Virus record (IMG/VR): IMGVR_UViG_2886395505_000001
Coordinates: 1 to 30,012 of that record
Strand: one strand, 5' to 3'
DNA from: a virus
DNA length: 30,012 nt
How positions within the stretch are numbered: the stretch's first letter is position 1; each line of letters opens with the position of its first letter. Positions 18,306 to 26,713 of the stretch are shown here, piece after piece. The notes under the pieces were generated by a model. It saw only the letters and a list, made by a program, of their open reading frames with translations. It ran no database searches and was not told the origin of the DNA. Position numbers and translations under genes: made by a program.

Positions 18306-18532
18306 ATCTGTAGTTGCTACAAATTCAATATTTGTAAGTTTTCAGACCATTTTCAACTACAAATAATATATCAAATTCTTTATTATTTATTATTAATATA
18401 AAAAAAAATTTTTAAAATATTCTAAAATAGATTTTTATCTGTAGTTTCTGTAGTTATCTTCTACAAATTCTTTATTTACCTAACCTCAAAGCAACTACAG
18501 ATAAAATTAATCATCTGTAGTTATCTGTAGTT
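18306..18532. repeat. iteron cluster (ATCTGTAGTT, 8 copies in both orientations) flanking an AT-rich tract; candidate origin of replication or regulatory region
   Basis: Forward copies lie at 18306-15, 18437-46, 18447-55 (9 bp), 18513-22 and 18523-32. Inverted copies lie at 18355-64 (1 mismatch) and 18493-18502. The sequence caaattctttatt is repeated at 18372-84 and 18464-76. An A9T5-containing AT tract spans 18361-18436. Confidence 0.7.
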
Positions 18533-20366
18533 TTTTGTAAATTCTACAACGAAAACCATTTTTTGTTGTAGAGAAAGTTTTAACTTTATGATATTTAGTT
18601 AATTTTCTTCCAAAAGGTGTTTTTTCATCGGGTTCTAAACCCTCGTTCCAACAATAAGTCTGATACTCCTTATAAACATTCGCCGTTGTTTCTCCTAGAA
18701 TATCATAAAGTTCTAAAGCTTTAATATACTCCATCGTTTCATCAAGACTAGCTTCATACTCTTCTTTGCTAGATTGCACAACTGCAGGCTCCGTAAATTT
18801 CTTATTCTTTAATATTCTCTTAAGACCTGCGATACCTAAATTTATCAAATATGACATTGCTTCATCACTTGTAATATCGTCTATAATGAAAGGTTTAAAG
18901 TCTTTACTCCTCTCACTAAAATTAGCGTTCAAGGGTACTATAACCATACGACTCATCACAGCCTTAACATCATCTCCAGTACCGATTTTTGGAATAGTGT
19001 TAGAAGAGAAAATCAATTTACAGTAAGGAGTAAATGAAAATTTGGGTTTACCTTTTTCCTCTGCATCTATACTATCTCCCGAAGCTATCTTTTTGATTGT
19101 TGAAGTATCTTTAATATTTGTACTTGAAACATCATCTCCGATATTAGCTAACTTATTAACTAGCATTTCTGTAGAAAATCTGTCATTTAACTTCATAATA
19201 TCTAAATCTGAATAATTATTTTTTAATAAATGTTTGATTGTATTTAAGAGAGTAGACTTACCGTTTTGTCCATCTCCAACAAGCATAAAGAACTTTCTAA
19301 GCTCGTTACGTCTTAAAAATGTATATCCTACCATCTCTTCAAGGAGTAATCTAACTTCTTTATCTTGAACAGCTACATTATTTAAAATCTCGTCTAAAAG
19401 TGGGTGATATGCTCCTGCTTGATAGTTATGCTCTATCCTATTGCTTATTACTATATCAGGTGAAAACTCTCGCAACTCGTCTGTTTTAATATCATATATA
19501 CCATTTTTAAAAGCTATATAATTAACTTCTGCTAAATCTGAATTTTCACGTACTAGTAATTCTATGTAAGCTAAAACCTCTGACCTCATAGCCTTTTTTA
19601 AATCGGGAATATGTCTAATCATCATAGCTTCAATATTTGCTTTTCTATAAATACCGTCTTCATAGGCGTGCAAGATACCATTTAATCTCTTAACTGAATA
19701 TTCACTAACGATAAATTTAGCGAAATCTTGAAATAAAAATGTCTTATCTTTATAGAAGAGTTCTTTATTAAAAGCTTCATCTCTAAGAATTGTAGATAAT
19801 TCTGTATTATCTAAAGGTTCATCAATTATATATTTATTCATCAGTTGAATAGTTTGTTTAGCTTCGTCTTTATTAAAACCTGCAGCTTGCAGAGTTAAAA
19901 TATAATTGAAAAAACTCTGATTTCTGTTTTTGTTAAAATCTTTTTTAGACTTAACAGGTATAAGCCACTTAGGTAGCAGGTCTAGAGCTTCACAAGTTCT
20001 TATTTGTGGTCGTAATACACCATCGACTTTAAGTGTTCCAAGCGATTTTTTAGAACCTAGTTTAATATCAACATTAATACCTAAAGCAGTTCTAGTATCT
20101 GTTGCTTGCTTTTTAATCGTGGTATTTTTGAAATAGAAGTGTTTACCTCTTTTAGTTTCATATACAACTGTATTTAATTTCAAATCATTAACTATCTGAA
20201 ATAATATACTAGCTTCTCTTTTGTCATCAACATCTATCAAAATTACATCATCAGCTAAGACCCCTGAGTATGAATTAGCGTGTTGTATTTCATCTAATGA
20301 AACAAATTTACTTATCTTAGTTAGGGGTTTTTTATCTTTAGTTTCAACGTAACCTCGAAATAACAT
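18507..20366 (-). CDS. bifunctional prim-pol / P4-D5-type primase-helicase
   Basis: The N-terminal prim-pol motifs are LIDVDD, RGKHFYF and VDIKLG. The C-terminal part has Walker A VGDGQNGKST. 619 aa. Confidence 0.85.
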   Translation of the reverse strand: MLFRGYVETKDKKPLTKISKFVSLDEIQHANSYSGVLADDVILIDVDDKREASILFQIVNDLKLNTVVYETKRGKHFYFKNTTIKKQATDTRTALGINVDIKLGSKKSLGTLKVDGVLRPQIRTCEALDLLPKWLIPVKSKKDFNKNRNQSFFNYILTLQAAGFNKDEAKQTIQLMNKYIIDEPLDNTELSTILRDEAFNKELFYKDKTFLFQDFAKFIVSEYSVKRLNGILHAYEDGIYRKANIEAMMIRHIPDLKKAMRSEVLAYIELLVRENSDLAEVNYIAFKNGIYDIKTDELREFSPDIVISNRIEHNYQAGAYHPLLDEILNNVAVQDKEVRLLLEEMVGYTFLRRNELRKFFMLVGDGQNGKSTLLNTIKHLLKNNYSDLDIMKLNDRFSTEMLVNKLANIGDDVSSTNIKDTSTIKKIASGDSIDAEEKGKPKFSFTPYCKLIFSSNTIPKIGTGDDVKAVMSRMVIVPLNANFSERSKDFKPFIIDDITSDEAMSYLINLGIAGLKRILKNKKFTEPAVVQSSKEEYEASLDETMEYIKALELYDILGETTANVYKEYQTYCWNEGLEPDEKTPFGRKLTKYHKVKTFSTTKNGFRCRIYKKLQITTDD

Positions 20367-20551
20367 TACCTCCTCCTATCATACGTCTCCAGCATCATAC
20401 TTAATTTATAATTTTTATCTCTCAACTCTTTTACTTCTCTTTCAAGTGCTTTATTTTCAAGGTGTGTAATACATAAGTAATACAAAACAACACACCAAGC
20501 AACAAATAAAATTATATGTAATAATACGTCTGTTTCAAGATTTTTATTCAT
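20366..20551 (-). CDS. small membrane protein (one TM helix plus a short coiled coil)
   Basis: LLHIILFVAWCVVLYYLCI is a hydrophobic span. The gene is translationally coupled on both sides by overlaps. Confidence 0.55.
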   Translation of the reverse strand: MNKNLETDVLLHIILFVAWCVVLYYLCITHLENKALEREVKELRDKNYKLSMMLETYDRRR

Positions 20552-20801
20552 TATATTTACCGCTATATTTTTCTACTAATTCAGGCTGATATCCACACCA
20601 CGAATCTTCCCAATCGTTTACGCTGACTACTGGAAACTGTGTAAATCCTTTTTCACGCAACATATCTAGCACATCATCTGCATTATCTAAATGCTGCGTT
20701 GCTACTTCTTCAAATTCTATCTCATGAAATTTCATCATCTCTTTTGTACTGTTGCAGTTTACGCAAGGTACTGTTGTATATACTGTTATTTTATTTGTCA
20801 T
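20544..20801 (-). CDS. nrdH: NrdH-like glutaredoxin
   Basis: It has a CVNC redox motif near the N-terminus, plus GFTQFPVV and W.GYQPE, as in NrdH redoxins. 85 aa. Confidence 0.8.
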   Translation of the reverse strand: MTNKITVYTTVPCVNCNSTKEMMKFHEIEFEEVATQHLDNADDVLDMLREKGFTQFPVVSVNDWEDSWCGYQPELVEKYSGKYNE

Positions 20802-20813
20802 TGTTATTCTCCT

Positions 20814-21101
20814 TTAATTTTTCATAATATAATCTATATATTCTGCTGTAGGTCTCCATGTTTTACAAATACATTTGTACTCAACACTACCATACAGCAA
20901 CTCATTTACAGTCATATCAGCAAATTTTGCTATTGCTTTTATACGTTCTTTATTTGGAAGAACTTTCCCTTGTTCCCATCTATAAACATTACTTTTACTT
21001 GCTCCAAATAACTCTCCATATTCTTCAAGAGTATAACCCTTGTTTTGTCTTATTTGTTTTATTCTAAGCCCTACATTTTGCTTATTTACTTGTATTTTCA
21101 T
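20814..21101 (-). CDS. XRE-family HTH transcriptional regulator
   Basis: LRIKQIRQNKGYTLEEYGELFGASKSNVYRWEQGKVLP is a classic HTH_3 sequence. An ATGA overlap links it to the upstream polymerase-like gene. Confidence 0.85.
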   Translation of the reverse strand: MKIQVNKQNVGLRIKQIRQNKGYTLEEYGELFGASKSNVYRWEQGKVLPNKERIKAIAKFADMTVNELLYGSVEYKCICKTWRPTAEYIDYIMKN

Positions 21102-22390
21102 ATTCCATATTCCTTTAATTTCTTATAAATTTCTTCTATATATGCTCTATCATCACGCTTTTCAAAATATGACGTAACTTTTGGCATATCTGCTACTTTA
21201 TAACCTTGGTCATCTCTTAGAGTGTATCCACTTAAACCAGCGTTGTAATAAACTTGCCCTTTATGTAGATATTGGTAATCTCTAATTTCTTTATTAGTCT
21301 TTAAATATTCTCTAGGACTTACCCCATCTAAATAAGCTAACATAGCCTTTTTAATAACTACACCGTGATAACGCAAGGGATTTATTTTAGTGTATCCTAC
21401 TGATTTACCATCTAAAATATAGTTATTCACATCTTTTTGTAATAACTCTTTATGGTAAGATATTTTAGTAGTTAATCTAGTTATTTCTTCCCATTTTTTA
21501 ACCTCTTCTAAAATCATCTTTTCGTTATGTGCTTCAATTATAATTCCATCAGTGTTAGTTTGAATGATTTTTGAATATGGTTCTAACATTTCAATAAGCA
21601 TTAGTAATATCAACTGACCATTCACGCAAATTGAGTTATTCAAAGCAGGATTATATAACTTACTTTTTTTATCTTTGAATTTTCCAATTATCGCATTGTC
21701 AGCTAATTTGTAAGGTATTCTTTCAGCACCCGTTTTAGTAGAATTATAATAGTGTATTTTTTTAATTATTGGGTCATCTATAGGAAAATAGGTGTTTAAT
21801 AACGTTGGATAATTTCTATTAATATCTATATGTATTAAGTTACCTTTAATATGTACCTTCTTTCTTGCACCATGTAATCCGCCCCAACCAAAACGATGTT
21901 CAACACCTGCAATCATTACATCAAGTTTAGAGCCGTAATTATTTTTATTTTTAAAAAATTCTAAAACATAAGGATATTTTTTAAGTTTAATAAAATCTAA
22001 GATTTTATAATCTTTCTCTTTAGTTTTTTTAGGGAATTTAAAATCAATAAGACACTCTATGAAACGAGGCATACTATACCTAAAGTTTGATTTTTTAAAC
22101 TCTTTCCATAACCTAACCTTAGTATTAAAAGTATCTTTTCTTAATTCAAAAATTTTAACTAATGCTTCAAGTTCGTTTTTAACCCCCAAAGAGGCTACAT
22201 ATTCTTTTAAATCTTTGTCGTTATATTCTTCAACATAATAACTAATTTTATTTCTTAATGCAGTTTTCCAGTTCCATGTAATCCAGACAGGAGTATTAAT
22301 CCTGTCTAAATCACTTTCTTTGTTTACTTGAAAAACAACACCATTAAGTTTCATACATTGAATACCGTTAGTTGTTTTTAAATAAAACAT
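21098..22390 (-). CDS. compact family-B-like DNA polymerase (polymerisation motifs only; no recognisable 3'-5' exonuclease domain)
   Basis: GWGG (YxGG-like) lies 18 aa before HIDINRNYPTLL (motif A, Dx2SLYP type). KLADNAIIGKF matches motif B (Kx3NSxYG type). ICVNGQ is Tx2GR-like. QTNTDGIII matches motif C (YxDTDS type). The protein is only 430 aa. Confidence 0.6.
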   Translation of the reverse strand: MFYLKTTNGIQCMKLNGVVFQVNKESDLDRINTPVWITWNWKTALRNKISYYVEEYNDKDLKEYVASLGVKNELEALVKIFELRKDTFNTKVRLWKEFKKSNFRYSMPRFIECLIDFKFPKKTKEKDYKILDFIKLKKYPYVLEFFKNKNNYGSKLDVMIAGVEHRFGWGGLHGARKKVHIKGNLIHIDINRNYPTLLNTYFPIDDPIIKKIHYYNSTKTGAERIPYKLADNAIIGKFKDKKSKLYNPALNNSICVNGQLILLMLIEMLEPYSKIIQTNTDGIIIEAHNEKMILEEVKKWEEITRLTTKISYHKELLQKDVNNYILDGKSVGYTKINPLRYHGVVIKKAMLAYLDGVSPREYLKTNKEIRDYQYLHKGQVYYNAGLSGYTLRDDQGYKVADMPKVTSYFEKRDDRAYIEEIYKKLKEYGI

Positions 22391-22815
22391 TATTCTACCT
22401 CAAACACTTCTGTTATAACATATTCGTTGTACCCTTTTTTATTAACTGAATATTGCAATGCATATTCAAATTGTTTTGTTTCTTCAAAAACTTCTTTTAT
22501 CTGTTGATCAATAACTCTTAAATTAGAACCGTATATAAAATCATCTCCATCTAATAAACTTTCGATCATGTCTTTAGCTTTACGTTTACCAAAGCCTGCT
22601 TCTATTACTTGGTTATACCACAATCTTGACTTTTCAAAATCTCCATTAATGATTTCAAATTCAAATACAATCATCAAACTACCTTTTTTACTTTCTTTAA
22701 GTTCAATATTATTTACTTTTACTTCATAAGTTCCGTAAGGAATTTCTGGAAAATCCCCTTCTGTTCCTAAATCATTAAAATCAATTCCGTCCCATTTGCT
22801 AAAATCTAATGTCAT
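22390..22815 (-). CDS. DUF669-family protein (ssDNA-binding-like partner of Sak4-type recombinases)
   Basis: The pattern PEIPYGTYEVKVNNIELKESKKGSLMIVFEFEIINGDF matches the typical DUF669 N-terminus. The gene is adjacent to the AAA_24 gene. Confidence 0.6.
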   Translation of the reverse strand: MTLDFSKWDGIDFNDLGTEGDFPEIPYGTYEVKVNNIELKESKKGSLMIVFEFEIINGDFEKSRLWYNQVIEAGFGKRKAKDMIESLLDGDDFIYGSNLRVIDQQIKEVFEETKQFEYALQYSVNKKGYNEYVITEVFEVE

Positions 22816-22817
22816 TT

Positions 22818-24422
22818 TTACTTATCTCCTTCTTTTTTTCTTATTCTTCTTGTTCTTTTTGGTTGTTCTTCTTCGACTTTCGCTTCATCTTCATCTTTAA
22901 AAGGATTTACAACAGGTAATTCAATTTCTTCTGTTGTTTCTTCTTCAAGAATAATTTCTTTAAAAGTATCTTCTACTTTAGTAACAAACCCTTCTTGTGC
23001 GTCAGTTAATGCTTTTCTAAATTCTTCAATATTTAGTGATATAACATCTTTTTTGAAATTAAATCTTCCACCACCGAAAGTATTATTAGTTTTTGTTAAT
23101 TGTAATTTTCTTTTTCCGTCTGGTTCAACAAATGCTCTAACTGTTAAATCTACAGTTCCCGCTAACATATTTGCATCATTTTCTTTGAAATTTGGTACAA
23201 ATGTTGTACGTTTAGAACCATTGTTTAATGAAAGTTCCCTTGTTATTTCTTTAGATATATAGATGATTTGTAAACCTATATTTTTAAATCTTTTAATTGC
23301 GTTGTAAAATTCTTTTTTTACTAAAGCGTAACCTTTACCATAAGATCCATCACCTTCAAACTCCCACTTATTTTTTTCTAAAATGTACGTTCTGCAATGT
23401 TCGTATAAATCTTCTAATAAGTCAATAGCAACCGCTTTGTATGTAGTTTCATTTTTTTCTAAATAGTCAATAACTTGTAAAAAAATTTCCCAAGCTGTTA
23501 CTTTTGTAGTGATACGACCTTCAACACTAACCTCATCTTTAATTCTGAAAACTGGACTTGTAGTATTATCAGTATTTCCGTCAGTGTTTAAGAAAAGTAA
23601 ATCATCAAATTGATCTACGAACGTTGATTTACCAACATATGAATCAGCGTAAATCCATAAATCAGGTCTTAAATCAATCTTTCTTTCTCTCTTTTTATTT
23701 TCTGGTAATTTAAACATATAATTTTCTCCATTTCTAACAATCTTACAATAATCACAATACTTATTATCACAACAAGTGTAATCATTGAATTTGTCATTTT
23801 TTATTTTGTTTATTGTGTTTTTAAAATCCTCAACTTTACTTTCATCATATTCAACATATTCAATGAAAGGTTCTTTTAATGTTTTAACAATTCTTCTTCT
23901 AAGTTCAAATGTTGACTCGTTCATTTTTTTTCTTATCATTATTTTAGGTATGAAAATGTATCCTAATTTATTAACTTTCTTACCTGTTGTTTTTTCAAAG
24001 TAGTACTTATATAAATGTAACTGTTTTGATTTCAAATAATGTTCTACATTGTTTGAATATTTAAAATCGTATAGTTCAACACCTGCTTCTGTCTCAACCA
24101 AATAGTCCACATATCCTTGAAAATCATCGGTGTCAATGTGATATTCAAAAATACCTTTTTTATCGATTAATTCAAGTGTTTTAGATATTTGAATATCTAA
24201 CTTTATCAATTCTTCAATGTGAGTATCATATAATACTGGATAATGCTTTTTGTAATAGTCGTGATAATCTAAAGTTTCAAGCCCTAAATGTAGTGATTTT
24301 CCAATTACTAAAGGGTTAGTAGCTTCATAGACTTCTACAAGTTCAGCACCTTTATTATATTTGAAATCAAAAGCCAAGCGGCATCTTTGGTATAGTTCTA
24401 TTCGTGAGTGACTGAATTTCAT
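22818..24422 (-). CDS. fusion protein: N-terminal Cas4/RecB-like PD-(D/E)XK nuclease with a Cys cluster, C-terminal Sak4/AAA_24 RecA-like ATPase
   Basis: Nuclease motifs: SRIELYQRCRLAF, GKSLHLGLE, GYVDYLVE, ELYDFKYS, QLHLYKYY, plus Cys at QRC and CCDNKYCDYC. ATPase motifs: Walker A YADSYVGKST, LLFLNTDG, and Walker B AVAIDLLED. The C-terminal tail is acidic then basic. Confidence 0.7.
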   Translation of the reverse strand: MKFSHSRIELYQRCRLAFDFKYNKGAELVEVYEATNPLVIGKSLHLGLETLDYHDYYKKHYPVLYDTHIEELIKLDIQISKTLELIDKKGIFEYHIDTDDFQGYVDYLVETEAGVELYDFKYSNNVEHYLKSKQLHLYKYYFEKTTGKKVNKLGYIFIPKIMIRKKMNESTFELRRRIVKTLKEPFIEYVEYDESKVEDFKNTINKIKNDKFNDYTCCDNKYCDYCKIVRNGENYMFKLPENKKRERKIDLRPDLWIYADSYVGKSTFVDQFDDLLFLNTDGNTDNTTSPVFRIKDEVSVEGRITTKVTAWEIFLQVIDYLEKNETTYKAVAIDLLEDLYEHCRTYILEKNKWEFEGDGSYGKGYALVKKEFYNAIKRFKNIGLQIIYISKEITRELSLNNGSKRTTFVPNFKENDANMLAGTVDLTVRAFVEPDGKRKLQLTKTNNTFGGGRFNFKKDVISLNIEEFRKALTDAQEGFVTKVEDTFKEIILEEETTEEIELPVVNPFKDEDEAKVEEEQPKRTRRIRKKEGDK

Positions 24423-24729
24423 GTTTTAATAATTCCTCTATAAAATTTTTAAGGTCTTCAAAGCCGCTAGGTCTAGTGACAAAAGCAATACCACCTGCTT
24501 TAATAATTTCTTTTATTTTATACTTTTGTAATTCACTAATTTTCCCACTCTCTCTTTTAACCTCTATAGCTACTAATCGTCCACCAACGCAAGCTAGTAT
24601 ATCTGGTGTTCCAGCTTGACCAAACTGTTGGGGATTGTACTTTATATAAAAGCAACCATTGTCTTTAAGAAATTTCTTTATCTTATTCTCGTAAGCTTTT
24701 TCTGAACAGTTCGTCTGTATAGTCCTCAC
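24367..24729 (-). CDS. VRR-NUC domain nuclease
   Basis: GTPDILACVGGRLVAIEVKRESGKISELQ matches the VRR-NUC core (PD...E.K...Q). The start is a GTG. The gene overlaps its neighbours by 47 nt upstream and 56 nt downstream. Confidence 0.75.
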   Translation of the reverse strand: MRTIQTNCSEKAYENKIKKFLKDNGCFYIKYNPQQFGQAGTPDILACVGGRLVAIEVKRESGKISELQKYKIKEIIKAGGIAFVTRPSGFEDLKNFIEELLKHEIQSLTNRTIPKMPLGF

Positions 24730-25924
24730 CCCTTTCTAATGCAGAATAAATTTTCTCTTCTATACTGTCTTTAACTGCTAGTCTATAGTAGAAACATGCT
24801 TTTTCTTGACCTATTCTATGTGTACGTTTCAAAGCTTGCATATAGTCTTCACATTTTTCGGTTGGACTAACGAAAATTATTTTATTAGCTTTTTGCATAT
24901 TATGACCTTTAGCTCCCGCTTGATACTGCATAAAAGTAATTGAATTGTCATAATTTTCATAGTTTTCTTTGTCTACTAAATCCCCATTTACAAATGATTT
25001 TGGTTTATCAGTTAGTCTTACTAACTCTTCTAATTCTCTTTTAAAATTGTAAAAGATTAATATTCTATCTTCTGTACTCTCTATTAGATCTTTAACTACG
25101 TCTAATTTATTTTTATTGTAATAACTTGCTAATTTTCTTAATCCTAGTCGTTTAGTTAGTGTAGTATCTCCTACTAAATCATACTTTTCTAAAACAGAAT
25201 GCTTTTCAAAAAATTTATAATCTCTACTAGTATCAACTTTAATATCGATAAAGTTTTGTTTAGGTAATTCAAAAGCGTCTTCTGTTTTCATGAACACGCA
25301 AGAAAGTTCTTTCATAGTGTTTTTAAGACGATTCACATTTTTATAAGGGTTAAATTTATCTAACTCATAAAATTTACGACCAAACCTACTAATTAACTTT
25401 TGGTTTAAAAAGGTCTTATTAAATTCTGGATTAGTCATATCTAAACCTAAAAGCGATAATTGAAAGTATAGCTTTTCGTACTTTCCGCTAACAGGAGTAC
25501 CAGATAGTAAAATTAAATTACTGTAATTCATTTTTTTAACAGCTTTACAAATCTGCGTTTTAGGATTTCCTAAAATAGAACTCTCATCTATTATTAAAGT
25601 GTACTCACTCATTTTTAATAATTTTGAATAATTATCTCTGTATAACTTTTCATAATTCACTACAATAACTTCAAAATTATCTAAACTATCAATTGTTTTA
25701 AGTGATACAATTTCAGTTTTTAGATTGTAGTTTGTTGTAAAGTGTTCTTTCCAGTCTTCTAATTTAGAATTTTGACAAATAACTATAATTTTTGATTGAA
25801 ATTCTTTAGCTTTTTCACTAGCTACAAATGTCTTTCCAAGCCCCATATCTAAATAGAAAGCAACTTTATTTTTACCTTTAACTTTATCAAGTGCTATTTC
25901 TTGATGTTTAAATAATTTAACCAC
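24683..25924 (-). CDS. SNF2-family DEAD/DEAH helicase
   Basis: Motif I is DMGLGKT, motif II is IIDESS and motif VI is QALKRTHRIGQ. 413 aa. Confidence 0.88.
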   Translation of the reverse strand: MVKLFKHQEIALDKVKGKNKVAFYLDMGLGKTFVASEKAKEFQSKIIVICQNSKLEDWKEHFTTNYNLKTEIVSLKTIDSLDNFEVIVVNYEKLYRDNYSKLLKMSEYTLIIDESSILGNPKTQICKAVKKMNYSNLILLSGTPVSGKYEKLYFQLSLLGLDMTNPEFNKTFLNQKLISRFGRKFYELDKFNPYKNVNRLKNTMKELSCVFMKTEDAFELPKQNFIDIKVDTSRDYKFFEKHSVLEKYDLVGDTTLTKRLGLRKLASYYNKNKLDVVKDLIESTEDRILIFYNFKRELEELVRLTDKPKSFVNGDLVDKENYENYDNSITFMQYQAGAKGHNMQKANKIIFVSPTEKCEDYMQALKRTHRIGQEKACFYYRLAVKDSIEEKIYSALERGEDYTDELFRKSLRE

Positions 25925-26222
25925 TTATCTCCTTTCTGAAATCTTCTTCTACAACTTCTTTCAATTCGTGTCTTTTACCTGTATAGATTTCTCTAATGTT
26001 TAATAAACATTCTATAGCTTTATCAATGTCCGTCACTGGATCATCATGCTTTTTAAACATTCTAGTAATGTATTTGAATGCATTTCCGTACCAAAAAGCA
26101 ACTGTTCCAACTATTCTACTTTCACTTATTAAAGCTTCTATAATATGTTTACTTTCTATATATCGATCTTTGATTTTTATTAGATAGTGTTTTGGTTTTT
26201 TCACTTCTTCTTTAATCGTCAT
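25917..26222 (-). CDS. DUF3310-family phage protein
   Basis: It carries the PKHY ... GNAFKYITR signature of DUF3310 proteins. 101 aa. Confidence 0.6.
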   Translation of the reverse strand: MTIKEEVKKPKHYLIKIKDRYIESKHIIEALISESRIVGTVAFWYGNAFKYITRMFKKHDDPVTDIDKAIECLLNIREIYTGKRHELKEVVEEDFRKEISG

Positions 26223-26433
26223 TTTCTTTTATTTCCTCCCAATATTTAATTTCTTCATTTATCTTTTTAATAGCTGTACGTGCGTCTATATAATCAATAG
26301 CACACATTATGTAGTGATACGTATATCCAGTTACATCAGCTTTTTCAATAGCTTTTTTAGCTTTGTCGTATTCATAGTTTTCTAAGTGTTTTATTGCTTT
26401 ATTTAATAAATTTATGTATTCACTATATGTCAT
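26212..26433 (-). CDS. hypothetical protein (73 aa)
   Basis: It lies in the operon with overlapping stop/start codons on both sides. No motif was recognised. Confidence 0.55.
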   Translation of the reverse strand: MTYSEYINLLNKAIKHLENYEYDKAKKAIEKADVTGYTYHYIMCAIDYIDARTAIKKINEEIKYWEEIKENDD

Positions 26434-26713
26434 AATCTTCTTTGACTCTTCTTATTATCTTTTTCAATGATAGCTTGTCTACTGTGCTGAATACATCTAT
26501 TACTTTTTCAGTAAGTTCCACCCATTTTGGTAAATCTTTTTCTTTACATATAAGTTCTAATTCACCAGAAAAAGGAAAGTCATCATCTACGTATTTCATG
26601 ACCTCTTCTAGCTTTTCCCTCATTTCTCTATTAAGAAATCTTTTACGTCTGTCTGAAATTTCATACCAAATCTTCATATCTTCCATATAGCTTTCATAAG
26701 CTGCTTTTTTCAT
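26423..26713 (-). CDS. hypothetical protein (96 aa)
   Basis: It lies in the operon and overlaps its neighbours. No motif was recognised. Confidence 0.55.
   Translation of the reverse strand: MKKAAYESYMEDMKIWYEISDRRKRFLNREMREKLEEVMKYVDDDFPFSGELELICKEKDLPKWVELTEKVIDVFSTVDKLSLKKIIRRVKEDYDI

Noticed and set aside
18306-18532. Possible CRISPR array
   Set aside because: The repeats are only 9-10 bp, occur in both orientations with irregular spacing (some directly tandem), and no cas genes are present. They are interpreted as iterons or operators instead.
20691-21067. Plus-strand ORFs of 106 aa and 69 aa
   Set aside because: They are antisense to the clearly recognisable NrdH-like and XRE HTH genes. 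Their Cys/Tyr/Phe-rich translation looks nonsensical.
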